From: Puccinia triticina
Lineage: Eukaryota
NCBI GenBank assembly: GCA_026914245.1
Contig: CP110439.1
Coordinates: 2,852,001-2,916,000 of the forward strand
Direction: 5' to 3'
Length of the DNA stretch: 64,000 nt
Made by a program: the position numbers and the translations under genes. Below the pieces are notes generated by a model. It searched no databases and was not told the origin of the DNA. It saw only the letters and a list, made by a program, of their open reading frames with translations. Shown here in pieces: positions 42,801 to 54,885 of the stretch. The stretch's first letter is position 1; each line of letters begins with the position of its first letter.

Positions 42801-43139
42801 TGGTAGCAATCCCACCTGTCAACTCAGTGCTGGTGGCGATTGGACCGCTCTGCAAAGATGGTGTATCAGCCACCCCCATCCATCAAACCTCCGCGTTCAC
42901 CAAACTCATCTCCACAGAACGTATTCACTCACGAGGCTCTGGTGCAGCGCTTTGGCAGATGGTTCCGGATTGGACATGTGGTGGTTGGAGTTCCCAGTGG
43001 CTACACTCATCTGGTGATTTTGAAATACGCGTTTAGACAAAACCCTACCAGGCACAATTCCTTTCCCTGGTTCTTCGTGTTGGGTTTTGTTGCAGCCATG
43101 GCGCTCACAAAGACAAACGTGAAGTGGTCGCTCGGCCAT
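39811..43139 (-). pseudogene. CACTA/EnSpm Tnp2-type DDE transposase, disrupted
   Basis: LVFSLYLDWF, ENMFLFGIIPGPKEP, LRPLVLEL, IADLPAIRK, KPNLHLTQH..RFGP..WAQERVNGML; in-frame TGA at 42634 and frameshift near 41230. Confidence 0.88.
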
Positions 43140-45190
43140 CGGCGTCTCCGTCAATTCGTGGTGGTGAATGCGATGCGAGTTGTGTCTGGGCAATCGCAAA
43201 AGCGGCTTGGGGATCTAAGGCTGCAACGTTTCACCTTCCGATCTGCAGCACCTTAGACTTGTGTTGGCTGTGCAATCTTCAATGCAAGAAAGTGCTAGTT
43301 CACATGGTTGAACCTATAGCAACACAACACTCAGCATGCGATCACCTGACGAGGCTTATTTGACGTGAGACTGTCCGCCGAGTCTTCCGGCCTTTTAAAA
43401 CAAGAATCTCCAGGACTCTTAAGAACAATTGATGCCAGCAGCCAGCTCAATATCAAAAGTGTCCTGTGGCGGCCGTGTGATCTGCACCTATTCATTGTGC
43501 AGACAGGTGAACCTGCTATCCCCGTGTTATCTCCCCCCAATCTTAAGACACGTTATGTGATATATACTGTCCAGACCAGCGGTCGGCGGTCAAGTGTGCA
43601 AAAGAGCATGACTTTCTGCTGTGAGGCTCTGGATGCCTGATAAAAGACGGTATTTCCTACTCCCTGTCTTGCACATGTTGGGCCTCAGTTTGTCTTTCTC
43701 TCTCAAATTCTTCGCCAACTTCATTCCCACCCACACAAAGACATCTCGACAAGATGCACCAGCCACATTTTCAATGTGCTCCATCCCAATTACGCTGGTT
43801 GCAAGATACCCAACTGTTTGTAGACGCCGAAATGAGTCGTGTGGTGAAGCAGTCAGACAATCATGAGCATCTGCAAGTCAACTGGGACTTGGCCTTTAAA
43901 TTTCAACGAAGGTTGGATGCCGACGCCCTAGACCTCAAGATACCCCAATGGGCCGTTCCGGACGTGTTCGCGACTTGGAATGCTATGAGAATTCGCGAGG
44001 GGAAGGGTAGGTCTTGGGCAACCATCATCTTCACTGCTCATATGGCCAATACATTGAAATTCTGTTTATGCCCAGGTCCCATCAACACAGAGAGTATCCG
44101 CGGCGTCAAAAAGACAGCTTGAGTATGTTTTTCTGGACGACCCAACCAGATAACCACAAGGGTCAGTATAGGGTTTCTCAAGTGAGGTCATCATGTAGCC
44201 TTTGGTTGACCCAGTTGTGGCATGAAGGTCTCCATAGGAAAGCTGAACATCTTGAACGACACTGAGTCACGCCTCTCCTTTCTGACCACTCACTTGAGGC
44301 GACCTGAAATCAGCTGCGGTATAAACGGTGTTGCACCGATGGATGCCTTTGGAGTTTACACCCAGGCCCTCCACAGCCCCCTTTGCAACCCATTTTAAAT
44401 TCCCAACTTGCCCACCGCCGCGCGATATGTAACAGTTGGCACTCATACATAGTGCCGTTGGTATCACACCGGTTGACAGATGGAGCAGCATCTTCGGAGT
44501 CACAAGTGCAACGGTCAACTTGCATGTCTCCTGGATGGAGACACCGCGCTCCTGTGCATATGCTGACAAAAACTCCGGTCGGGCCCCTTGACCCCCCCTC
44601 TGATGCGTGTGCTGGCTACCAATTCCTTGCGGTTGGGCCATGCTTGTGGGAGGAAAGACGGCTGGATGAGAACGGGTGGTGTTTAGGTCCTTAATAACCT
44701 ACTGTGAAATAGTCTTGACTATTGGCTCACCTGGTCCGGCTCCATGGGGATTGTCACTTCAAGCACAGGCTGTCCACCCTCATGTACGGCCGAACATGAC
44801 GGTGGACATTCACTGCAAAGGACAACCCGTGCAATAGTTGCTTGCACGGGTGCACCCCCATCCCCCCGGATGGGGTTGGCACAAGCTCCACCTGTGTGCA
44901 ATCTGTGGGCCAGTGTCCACCCTCAAGTTCGGCCGTACGTTGTGGTGGACAATTTCACGAGCCCCACACAGTCCTCTGCGCTCTGCTGGCTGTCAACATC
45001 CAAACAGATCAAGTACCCCGCCCCCTTGTTGTATCTGACTAATAATTGTCCCCTTTGACCTCGGCAATGATGACCCCTTTGTGACCTGACCTGCCTGACA
45101 GATGGCCTCCACCACTCCACAATATTTAATGTCAGCGCCTGTGACCTTTCGCTCTGTCAATCCATACTCTCCTTCCACTTCGATCCCACT

Positions 45191-46298
45191 ATGTCCTCAT
45201 CCAAGGTCACTTTCTCAACCGGTAAGCCGCCCCTCGGAGTCGCCAAGATCAACGCTGTCCATTCAACTTTCCTCCCCAACTCCAAATCACCCTGCACTCG
45301 AAGCATTGCCGCCTTCATCAGAACGTTGCTCAACCTTGCAACTTCCCCCAAGAAACCGGTAACAACGGATTGGCTGATGCGTCCCCTTGCTCATGACTTT
45401 CACGTTGGTTCCAACATGCCGGATTCGATCTTGAGACACACGATAGATCCCATTCCACCAGAAGCTCTGCTGGGCAAATCCCAGACAATCCACCCCATCT
45501 TCAGAAACATCTTTCTTCAAGACCTTGCGAACTCTCACTTCCCCGGTGTTACCTTTGCGTGGGATCATCCGTGGGACACCCACTGGAACCAGTTGTTTGC
45601 AAAATTCGTCCTGAAGCATTGGTGTAACGCTTACCAGGCGGGCGCTCTTGCAGTATTCTTCATGGATCCCGTGGAAGCCAACAATCATTCCATCCAACTT
45701 GGCATTCTCCACCGGTGGTTTGTTGGGAGGCAAAACGGACTGAGACTTGGCCAATTTTCTCCTGAGCAGAAGTTGAAAAAGAAGGAGTCGGAATGCAAAT
45801 CCAAAATCCGCATGCAGGTGGGCACTTTCAATGTCTGATGTTCTGGTGACTGCTTCTAATCATCTGGCTGCGCATTCCCAGGTTCAGCAACACCGTCAAG
45901 AAACTCTCTCTACACTCCCTGTTCCATCCTCTGTAAAATCGCTATTTGATAACATCAAAGCAACTTCTGACACTGAAACCGCACCTACTCGGTCTCTCGT
46001 CAAGGTGCCAATGTCTTGGAGATCTGAAGAATTCGGCAGGCTGGCGGCAAAGTTTGATAACATATATGTACAGAAGAAGATCAACACCAACGGACGCATC
46101 TATGTTTCTCAGTTCATCCTTGAGTCCCGCCGAAAAAGTTCGGACGTGCGCTCCTCAGACATCTTCAAAGATGTGCCACAACACCTACCCATCAACTGCT
46201 ACGCTCCACAATACCTGTCCCACCTTTCCAACTCCCAAAGAGAGCTACTCAACCCACGGGATTGTATTGTGTTTCCGAATTTGGTCACTTATTGCTGA
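45191..46298 (+). CDS. CACTA accessory protein B, paralog of accessory protein A, 2 exons
   Basis: Intron ~45818-45881; motifs VTFAW, LHRWF, VPMSWRSEEF, VPQHLPINCYAPQY. Confidence 0.65.
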
Positions 46299-46469
46299 TA
46301 ATTTACAGCTCAGGTAAGCAGTATAATTCTAACTGCATAGATGTTTCATGAGGAGCTGAGCACACTCGTATTCTTTGTTTCCCGCCCTAGGTACACTTAG
46401 TCTTTACTCCTGTTTGAATCAGCTTCCCAATGAATCAATGAGAATTGATGGCCGTTAAAATAATGTTTG

Positions 46470-48764
46470 CTTACGTCGCCAATTCTCCTTTCCGTCTTTG
46501 GACTTGATGTATGTTCATCTCCAGACTTTGTTGTAAGTAGTACCAATATACAAACACACTGTTCTCCTGTCCCAAACGGTAAAGCCGATCAATGGCCTGA
46601 AATTCACTTGCGGGATTCCAACTCGGTTCCTAGAATTTCACATAGAATATGTCATCCAGCTGGGAATTCTGCAATGAATTTATCAGCACATACCATGATG
46701 TAAACATTCTTCGCGCATCGTAAATCAATCCCAACTCCCGCTGCCTCTACAGACGCGAGTAAAACATTGCAGCTATCATTATTTCGGAAAGTGTTGAGGT
46801 TTTCGTCACGCTGAGCTACCCTTAAGGCCCCTGTGAGCCAAGTAAACCCAATATGATGCTCTTCCAGGGCTCGCCCAATGCTTCAAAAATAGCAGATCAG
46901 CACGCAGCCATCAGAATCTGAGCCGAACCTCTCTGCTTACATCTGCAAAAATGCAACAAAACTCGAAAATATGACTGCCTTTGTGCGTTCAATCCCTCAA
47001 TCTCCTTCTAGGAAGCTCCGCAGACTGCCTATCAGATGAACAACCTTGCTGGAGTCTTGCCATCGCCATGTTGCTTGGTTCGGTAGATCTGCCCGTGCGA
47101 AAATTGGATGGTTGCAGAACTGGCGGAGCATCATCAACTGTCGGAAAAACTCTGCAGGGTCCCACAGTTCCCCGGATGTGCGAAGTCTTCCAAAGGTCCG
47201 GATAAACCTTGCGTGCAATTCCTGTGAACATGGCTCCCACTTCTCGCTACATTGGACTACCACAGCGTGTTCCATTTTCTGGGGGAGGTTCAAAAGGACA
47301 TCTTTTGTTCTTCGGAGGAAGATGGACTTCATCAACTGTGCCAGGCTCTTAATAGCCTCCGGAGCCCCGACTTTCATTTTTGGAATGAGGCATCTTTGCC
47401 AGATAAGTTCATTGTCCCACGGCGCAACCTTCAAAGTTGTTATCAAGCTTTGTAGGTCCGAGAGGCGATTTTGGAGTGGCATCCCCGTCAAAAAAAGAAG
47501 AAACTTGGACTGAAGTTGGCGAATATTGAGTGTCCGGTTTGCAGTTGGATTCCTAATCAGACTGTGCTCATCATTAACAATCATCCTCATGTGGCTTCCA
47601 TGGTGTTCAAGCAAAATTTACTTACTGTGCTTCATCTAGAACGATCCTGAACCAGCGCAGGTTGAGTGACTCAATGGTCGGCTGGTTTGCATGTGACTTG
47701 TTTCCACTCTCACCAATCATTTCGTAGGTTGTGAGGACAACCAAAGCTGATTTCAGGTCACACCGTTTTAGCTTGTTCCGATCCGAGCCGTGGAAGACTT
47801 TGTAAGTGATCGCCTCATCCTCAAAGTGTAATCTGATCTCATTCTCCCAATTAGACAGCGTTGCCAGGGGACAAATCACCAGTGTCGCTGCTGAGTGCTG
47901 TATCCAATCCGCCCAGTGATACTCGAACGCCAAATCACGTGTTGCGAGAACGTAAGCTAGTGTGGTCAGGGTCTTCCCCAAACCCATATCGTCTGCCAGT
48001 ATGGATCCTTGGGGCCGAATATCAGTCTCATCGTGAGGCGTCCTGATACCAGCGTCGTCCGTGTGGCGGCGAATCCAAGCATGGGCCGGATGATTCCACA
48101 GCAACCTTGTATCATGATCGGCGGACTCATTCTTTTGGAGGAATTGAAGTGCTGACATCTGATGTGGTTTTAGATTGATACGGCATTGTCGAAGAGCCAC
48201 TCCGAGCCAACGTTCTCCACCCATCACGTCCCCCTCAGGCCTTTCGGAAACGAAATGGGGGATGTCAAAGAAGAGTCTTGGGTTGTAGTTCCAGATTGGC
48301 ATAAGCTCGACGCTCGCAGCGGCGAAGGAGGTCTGGATACGGTGGATGTGTTCGGAGCGGCTGAACACGCAACCCCACAGCTCGGGCTGCATCCCATGGT
48401 GGGTCACAAAAAACGCTCGAATCTTCATGATATTGATATCGTCTGGTGCAATTTTGTTCGTGGAAACTGGACTTGAGCAGGTCGATGTCGGGCCTAGTAA
48501 CGGCCCCAGGTGCTCACTTGCTTTTGCGCTGAGATCTCCTACCGCCTGCCGTGGGGCACAATACACATGCACTCGACTGCGACCTCGTTGGAGGAAGCCG
48601 ACCTGTGGGACATGGTTGTCGGTCAAGTGCAGAGATGCTGAAATCGGAGCAACAAATTGACCGAGACAGTACGTGTTGCTCATCGCACCAGGCAATGGGG
48701 TGGCCGTGTTGATTGCAAGGGTCGCCGCGGAAGTTCCAAAAAAAGCTCCACTGGTGCTGATCAC
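46470..48764 (-). pseudogene. SNF2-family (Rad5/Rad16-like) ATPase/helicase cargo gene, one nonsense codon
   Basis: ILADDMGLGKT, LVICPLATLSNWENEI, LTTYE, IVLDEAH (spliced), LTGMPLQN, LRQFCNHP, KAVIFSSF, GVGIDL, EPSWNP..QAIDRLYRLGQ; TGA at 46997. Confidence 0.9.
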
Positions 48765-50126
48765 AGATATCTGGTGGATTCTTGAATCTGTTACATTTGA
48801 CGAGATGCCAAGCAGCTTCCATCAGGAGCCACGCGCCCCTTGACCCTTGCATGTGATGTGTGTTTGTAGCTGTTACATAACATTCCCCGGCATCCACACA
48901 CTTGTACCCCAACCCAAATATGATAACTTTTTACCTACATAAGATTGATATAGGCTGCAGACAAAGTCTTGTCTTGGACACATCGTAAGCTTCTCCATAG
49001 GGACAAGAGGGAAAGGGATTTCATCATCTCTAGGTCCAACTTTTGCATGTAAAGTAACTCAATGAAGGATTGTTTGTTTGACTGCCACAGAAGTAATTTC
49101 AGGACAGGTAAGTACTGTGGCTAAACTCCCAGAGCATTTTCAAGAAGATTGACTTTTCATTATCTTGTAACAACTCCCTCACCCCACAGGACAGCCCACC
49201 CACTCAATATTTCTAATTGAGGTATCATGGTGGATCTGACGAGCCAAATCAGTCTAGATGTGTCAAGACATTCAGACATATATGTGCTACTGGGAAGGAG
49301 GTTGTTAGATTTACCAGTGTGACTTCCAAACTTGCACAACTTCCAAGTCTTGCTGATGTCCAAGCAGTCAACAATGTGGGACATTGCTAACTGGACCTCA
49401 TCCCCTCAGGGGAAGGAATACTCTTCATCCATCCCCACCAGAGATTAACCACACTCAATTGCCATAGAAAGCCGCCAATGCAATAAGAGATGATAAAATC
49501 TCCTGGCTGGAAGGCAGGGATGGTGTGCCTAAGGATCATGATGGGTTTACTTCCGGATATTCCCTTCCAAGGATCATTGGGATAAAAATGCTTGGTCCGC
49601 CTTCAACCCTTGGGGATACTTTCCTCCCTCCCAAATGCACATAGGACTAGCACCTTCTTTGTAATCTTGACCAAGAATTATTCTTGTTGAAAGATGGTGG
49701 CTCAGGGGTGTGCACCATGATCCAATGGAGGGATGGCGGTGTGCACTTGGCAACATTCCGCTACATTAAAATCAACCTCAACAGACTTACCCACATACAT
49801 GATGTGTGCTACCAAGATCAGCATTGCCCAGCTCTGATGTTATCCAGAAATTGCACGTTGTGGGTTCAGTTGTGTGGGTCTTCAAAACTCTAATTTGGTT
49901 GTGTAAGTAGCATCCACTATGCTTGAACATGACCTCAGTTGGAGTCATGACTTCAGGTTTCCAGACTGATTCATGCTTCAAACAGTTCTTAATGACTTCA
50001 ACATAAGGATAGAAATGACATGTACATGACTGCAGTGCTGACATTGGACTGACATCAGACCACGCAACGTATAAAATTCAGGCCTGGCACTCTCTAGACA
50101 GTGCAACACTTTCTCCCCTGGTGAGA

Positions 50127-51618
50127 CGGGGCAATCCGCTCCGCTCACTATGCCGGAGCGCTGGGATACTTTCAATACTCCATGCAAGCCATTCTCCTTG
50201 GACAAATTGGAAAGGACACTGCCGCGTACCTGGATGACATTATGGTGTACACACAGAAAGGCTCTGATCACACGGCTGCGGTCAACGGTGTAGAGACTGT
50301 AAAATGAAGATGTGTCTGGTGAGAGTCGAACTCACGACCTCAGCTATGCTGAGACACATACTAGAGTGCTGCCTTTACCAACTAGGCTACAGACGCTTGT
50401 GGCTGCCAGCTGGGTGGTTGGTTGGTAGTGCACATGGGTCGATCCAACAGCCCTCCATACTGTGGTGATACATCATGGTAGCAGACAAACAGACAACTCA
50501 ACAAATGGAATCCTGGAGACCCTGAGCAAGCATCAATTATGGCTAAAACCGGAGAAATGTGAATTTTCAAAACCGGAGGTGGAATATCTCGGACTCTTAA
50601 TTGCGTGTAACCGGATTAGAATGGACCCCACAAAAGTGAAGGCGGTGACGGAGGCCCGCACTGCGGAACGTTACAGAACTTCAGCGGTTCATTGGCTCCT
50701 CCAACTTTTACCGCCGGTTCATTGACCACTTCTCGGGGAAGACCAGACCCCTACACAAGTTAAATTTGCCGTCCCCATTTGTCTGGGACAGCAAATTTAA
50801 CTCCACTTTTGAATGCCTGAAGACCACCTTCACCTCTGCTCCAATCCTCAAGATTGCGGACCTGTACAAGCCGTTTATTTTGGAATGCGACTGCTCCAAA
50901 TTCGCGCTCGGAGCAGTTCTGTCTCAAGTCTGCGACAAAGACAAAGAACTCCATCCCGTTTCTTACTTATCCCAATCATTGGTGCAGGTGGAGAAGAACT
51001 ACAGGATTTTCAACAAGGAACTGTTGGCCATTGTTGCTGCTTTTAAAGAGTGGCAGCAGTACCTCAAGGGAAAACCGCACCACCTAACCACCATTGTTTA
51101 CACAGATCACCGGAACCTAGAAAGCTTCATGACCACCAAGGAGCTCACTCAAAGACAGGCGCGGTGGGCAGAGACCATGGGTTGCTTTGATTTCAAAATC
51201 ATCTTCCGCCCGGGCCACCAAGCCACAAAACCCAATGCTCTTTCCAGAATACCTGACCTAGCCCCCGCCCCTGGCGAGAAACTGACCTTTGGGCAGCTGC
51301 TGAAGCCCAACAACATCACACAGCGGACCTTTGCAGAGATATTGGAGTTTGAATCCTGGTTTGAGGACGAATTGATTGAATTGGCGGAGACGGAGCATTG
51401 GTTCAAGGTTGACATGCTAGGAGCGGAGGCGGAGGACGGGCTGCCCCTGTCGGATACGGAGCTCATCAGCAGAATCAGGGAATTAACTCTGCTTGACGCA
51501 CAACTGACAAGATGGATGGAATCCTTAAGAAACTCAGTGGGAAAGGGGAACAGATACACGGAAGCAGACAGCATTTTTTACAACAAGGGACGGATAGTGG
51601 TACCGCCCCGGCGGACCC
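50127..51618 (+). pseudogene. pol: C-terminal RT and RNase H
   Basis: AYLDDIMVY, LKPEKCEF..VEYLG, FILECDCSKFALGAVL, ELLAIVAAFKEW, YTDHRNL, RQARWAE. Confidence 0.9.
50289..50503 (-). mobile_element. 215-bp solo LTR containing a tRNA-like sequence (50311-50396)
   Basis: TG...CA; 5-bp TSD AACGG/AATGG; removal restores RT AAVNG|ILETL. Confidence 0.8.
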
Positions 51619-52806
51619 AATTTGGTAGACGGAAAAGTGAAAAATCAAAAGTGTTTTCTCATACATATATTTACTCACCCTAGGCCTCAACATACCACCA
51701 AATGGACCTCAGTAATGGATTCTACGGCCAATGTTACCCCTTGTCACCACTGGAAGAGTCACTGTAACCCTGCTGGACTGGAAGTTATACCCTCTTGGAC
51801 CCTCATGGACACAGCCAGCCCCAGTCATAAACCTGTCACAACCCTCAAGTCACCTTTACCAGTTATATGCATACTCAGCCCCAGCCAAAAACATACTCTT
51901 TTCTATCCCTCTTATCTCCACTGCATATGCAGGGGACCAACCCCATTTCTTCTGTATTTGACATGTCCCCGCCTCATTTATGCACCCCTTGCAGCTGCAT
52001 GCAGTCTTCTGACCCCATTTCTGCACTCCTTGCATTAGTCTGACACCACTCATGCACCCCTTGCATGAAGTACCCCTTTATTTGACATTTCTCGGCTTTG
52101 TTTATGCACTCCTTGCATTAGTATGACATCATTCTTCATTTCTCACCCCACTTTTTACCTGTATTTAGTATCTTCTGACACCACTTGTACACAGACCACC
52201 AGCTAAAATCCCTCATCCAGGGTTCCCCTTGTAGCTAAAATCCCTCACATTTGTCTATATAAGGAGCTCTCTCCCCCAGTTGTTTTTCCCTCAGTTCAGT
52301 ACCCACCAGTTATACAGATATCACCCATTAGCCATTATCATCATCCTTACACTTTTATAACATACCATATCATCCCTCTTATCTGCAATAACCACTGAGC
52401 TCACTCTCATATTCTCATACTCTCATATCTCTTGGTTGACATATCACATACCTGTCACGAGTTACCCGGTTCCTGGTTCAACTCCCAACTGAGACATATA
52501 CCCTTCTCAGCCCAGGCACTCTTCTCAACTTTTTATATCACCCTCATGAGGACCTGTGTTCAGCCCCCACCGGAAGTATCAAGTCAACTTTCACCCTTTT
52601 CCATCATCATAAACTCTCTCAACTCTCACAAACCTGTTGTCAAACAACTTCATCTGGAACTAGACCAGACCTATCACTTGATTAAAACTTGCCAAGCTTA
52701 TCTTGGTGGGTCTTGTTATCTGATAGCAGAAGGGCAGAGTTTTGCACCTCCATCATACCCTTCACCATTCAGCAAAAGGGTTTCACAACCACGTTTGAGT
52801 CTTACA
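51619..52806 (+). mobile_element. Second family-B LTR copy, opposite orientation, left end unclear
   Basis: Reverse-complement similarity to 25734-26400 (tgtaagactcaa..cccttttgctgaatgg; ctccttatatagacaa); ends ...CTTACA; no clear TSD. Confidence 0.7.
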
Positions 52807-54552
52807 CCGACACTGCCAACGGAGATATTGAAGAGCTGGAATGACAGCAAAGCGGCGGGCCACCCTGGCCAATCCCGCACCCTTGCCCTAGTCCGGCGGA
52901 GCTTTGTAGAAATTTATAACTTTCAGGCACAAGAAGTAAGAGGGCTAAGATGAGTATTGATAAAAAAATCAAGGATTGGGGCAGTGAGGATGAGTCTCTC
53001 ACCGGATGCGGCTCAGCGGGGCGCAGAGAAAGAATGAGGAGAACTGATGATCTATAAATTGCTTGTTGTATGCTAGGTTTAAATAGACTAACAACAAGTG
53101 GCCAAAATGTGGTTAGAAGAAAAAACAAAAGGAAGGTGACTATGAGACAAGTTTCAAGTATTCTATCTCAGAGACTATGTTTGATAGAAGTATGACAAAA
53201 TGTTATCTACTACTCACGGTTCTTAGACTACATGGTGTGATAACGTCTGTACTAACAGTGATTCTGAAAATGCTTGAGAATGATATAAAACAAGTTTCAG
53301 AGGTGAAAGTAAAAGGAATCTGACAGAATTCCAACAAGCTTTGTGTGGAGAGGCCAGAAGAAGTTTGTCAACCAATACGTGGATGGATGTGATTCTTGCC
53401 AATGGGTTAAAGCCTTGACGCAACAGCCATTTGGGACACTGGAGCCGCTGCCAATTCCGGTGGGGCCGTGGACAGACATCAGCTATGATCTCATCACAGA
53501 CCTGCCTGAATCCCACTCCTAGTACTACGAAAGCATACTGACTGTTGTTGACCGCCTGACAAAGATGGCACACTTTATCCCCTGCAGGAAGTCCATGAAT
53601 GCGGAGCAGTTAGCAGACCTGATGGCAGAGCACGTTTGGAAGCTCCACAGCACTCCAAAGACTATTGTCTCTGAACAAGGGAGCATTTTTGTGTCCCAAA
53701 TTACCTGGGAATTGCACAACAGACTTGGCATCCGCCTCCAACCATCTATGGTGTACCATCCAAGGACAGACGGACAGTTGGAAATCACAAACAAAGCGGT
53801 GGAGCAATATCTCCGCCACTTTGTGAGCTATTGGGAGGACAATTGGGCTCTGCTCCTGGCAACGGCGGAGTTTGCTTACAACAACAACGACCACACGTCA
53901 ACAGGGGTGTCACCATTCAAGGCAAATTACGGTTTCAACCCATCATACAGCGGAACAGTGCGTACCGGCTGTGGCGGAACAGCTCTGCCAGCTTGCGGAG
54001 GTACAGGACGAGCTGAAGTACTGCCTGGAAGCGGCGCAAGAGGCCATGAAAAGCCAGTTTGACAGCGCAGTGCGGAAATCACCGGAATGGAACAGCGGAG
54101 ACAAGGTTTGGCTAGATGGACGCAATATCTCAACAACCCACCCCAGCCCCGAATTGGAACACTGCTGGCTTGGACCATTCCCAGTAGCTAACAGAATTTC
54201 AAAATCCGCTTGCAAACTGACCCTTTTGCTCTCCATGCAGGGAGTCCACCCGGTTTTCCACGTGTCAGTACTCCGCAAACACAAGCCTGAAAAAATTGCT
54301 CACCGACAGCGGTGGACCCCGGAGCCGGTGACGGTCAACGGCGGAGATGAGTGGGAGGTCGACGGAATACTGTACAGCTGGCGGAGAGGGCGGAAGAGTC
54401 AATACCTTTTCAGCTGGCGCGGATTTGGACTGGCGGAGAATTTGTGGGAACCGGAGGCAAACCTGAAGAACAGCGGGGACCTATGGGCGGAGTTCAACTC
54501 AAAATTTCCGGAGGCGGCGGCCAGGCATTGGAGGACGCGGAGAAGAAAGTGA
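52807..54552 (+). pseudogene. pol: integrase (HHCC, core, GPF) and chromodomain
   Basis: AGHPGQSRT, VVDRLTKMAHFIPC, YHPRTDGQLE, AEFAYNN, LGPF, VHPVFHVS, EWEVDGIL..YLFSWRGFG..NLWEPEANL. Confidence 0.9.
52905..53336. mobile_element. 432-bp solo LTR (family C) inserted in the integrase zinc finger
   Basis: TG...CA, 5-bp TSD AGCTT (52900-04 / 53337-41); removal restores RRSFVW..VDGCDSC. Confidence 0.85.
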
Positions 54553-54683
54553 GAGGGCAAGCTTTTTCCCACTGGGATTTTTAATGCTGCCCGGGGACAG
54601 AATGCAGAGCCAACAGGGAGGAATTTTATTTTCTCATTGATCAACCAGAAAAGGGGGCGGCTTGGGCATTAAAGGGGGAATAA

Positions 54684-54885
54684 TGTTATGAGCTTTAGCG
54701 CGGGCTCTGCAGCGCAGACTCACGTGTACATAGACTACACATACATGTCACGGACCATACTCAAGGTTCAAGAGGCTGGAGATCCAAGCCTCTTCCTCAT
54801 CCTGCAATCCACCATCTTGGATCCAGAACCCCCAGAACCCCAGACCCCAGACTTCATCTTCCTCTCCCTAGAACAGAACATAACA
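54684..54885 (+). repeat. 3' LTR of the chromovirus, preceded by the PPT
   Basis: AAAGGGGGAATAA then TGTTATG...CATAACA. Confidence 0.88.

Larger units (their letters stand above)
27989..50123. mobile_element. 22.1-kb CACTA/EnSpm (CMC)-type DNA transposon with CACC termini and cargo genes
   Basis: ~43-bp TIRs CACCAGG(A/G)GAGAAAGTGTTGCACT(C/G)TCTAGAGAGTGCCAGGCC; 3-bp TSD AGA (27986-88 / 50124-26); removal restores RT FICK|TGQ; internal Tnp2-type transposase. Confidence 0.92.
24079..54885 (+). mobile_element. Degenerate Ty3/Gypsy chromovirus LTR retrotransposon interrupted by five nested insertions
   Basis: LTR-gag-PR-RT-RH-IN-chromodomain-PPT-LTR order; reading frames rejoin when the TSD-flanked inserts are removed. 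Confidence 0.92.

Noticed and set aside
30756..44951. 38-bp palindromes as a CRISPR array
   Set aside because: Dispersed over 14 kb with no regular spacers, no cas genes, eukaryotic context.
50311..50396. Calling the LTR-embedded cloverleafs true tRNA or amber-suppressor genes
   Set aside because: The 8-nt loop gives no unambiguous anticodon and both copies lie inside TSD-flanked LTRs.
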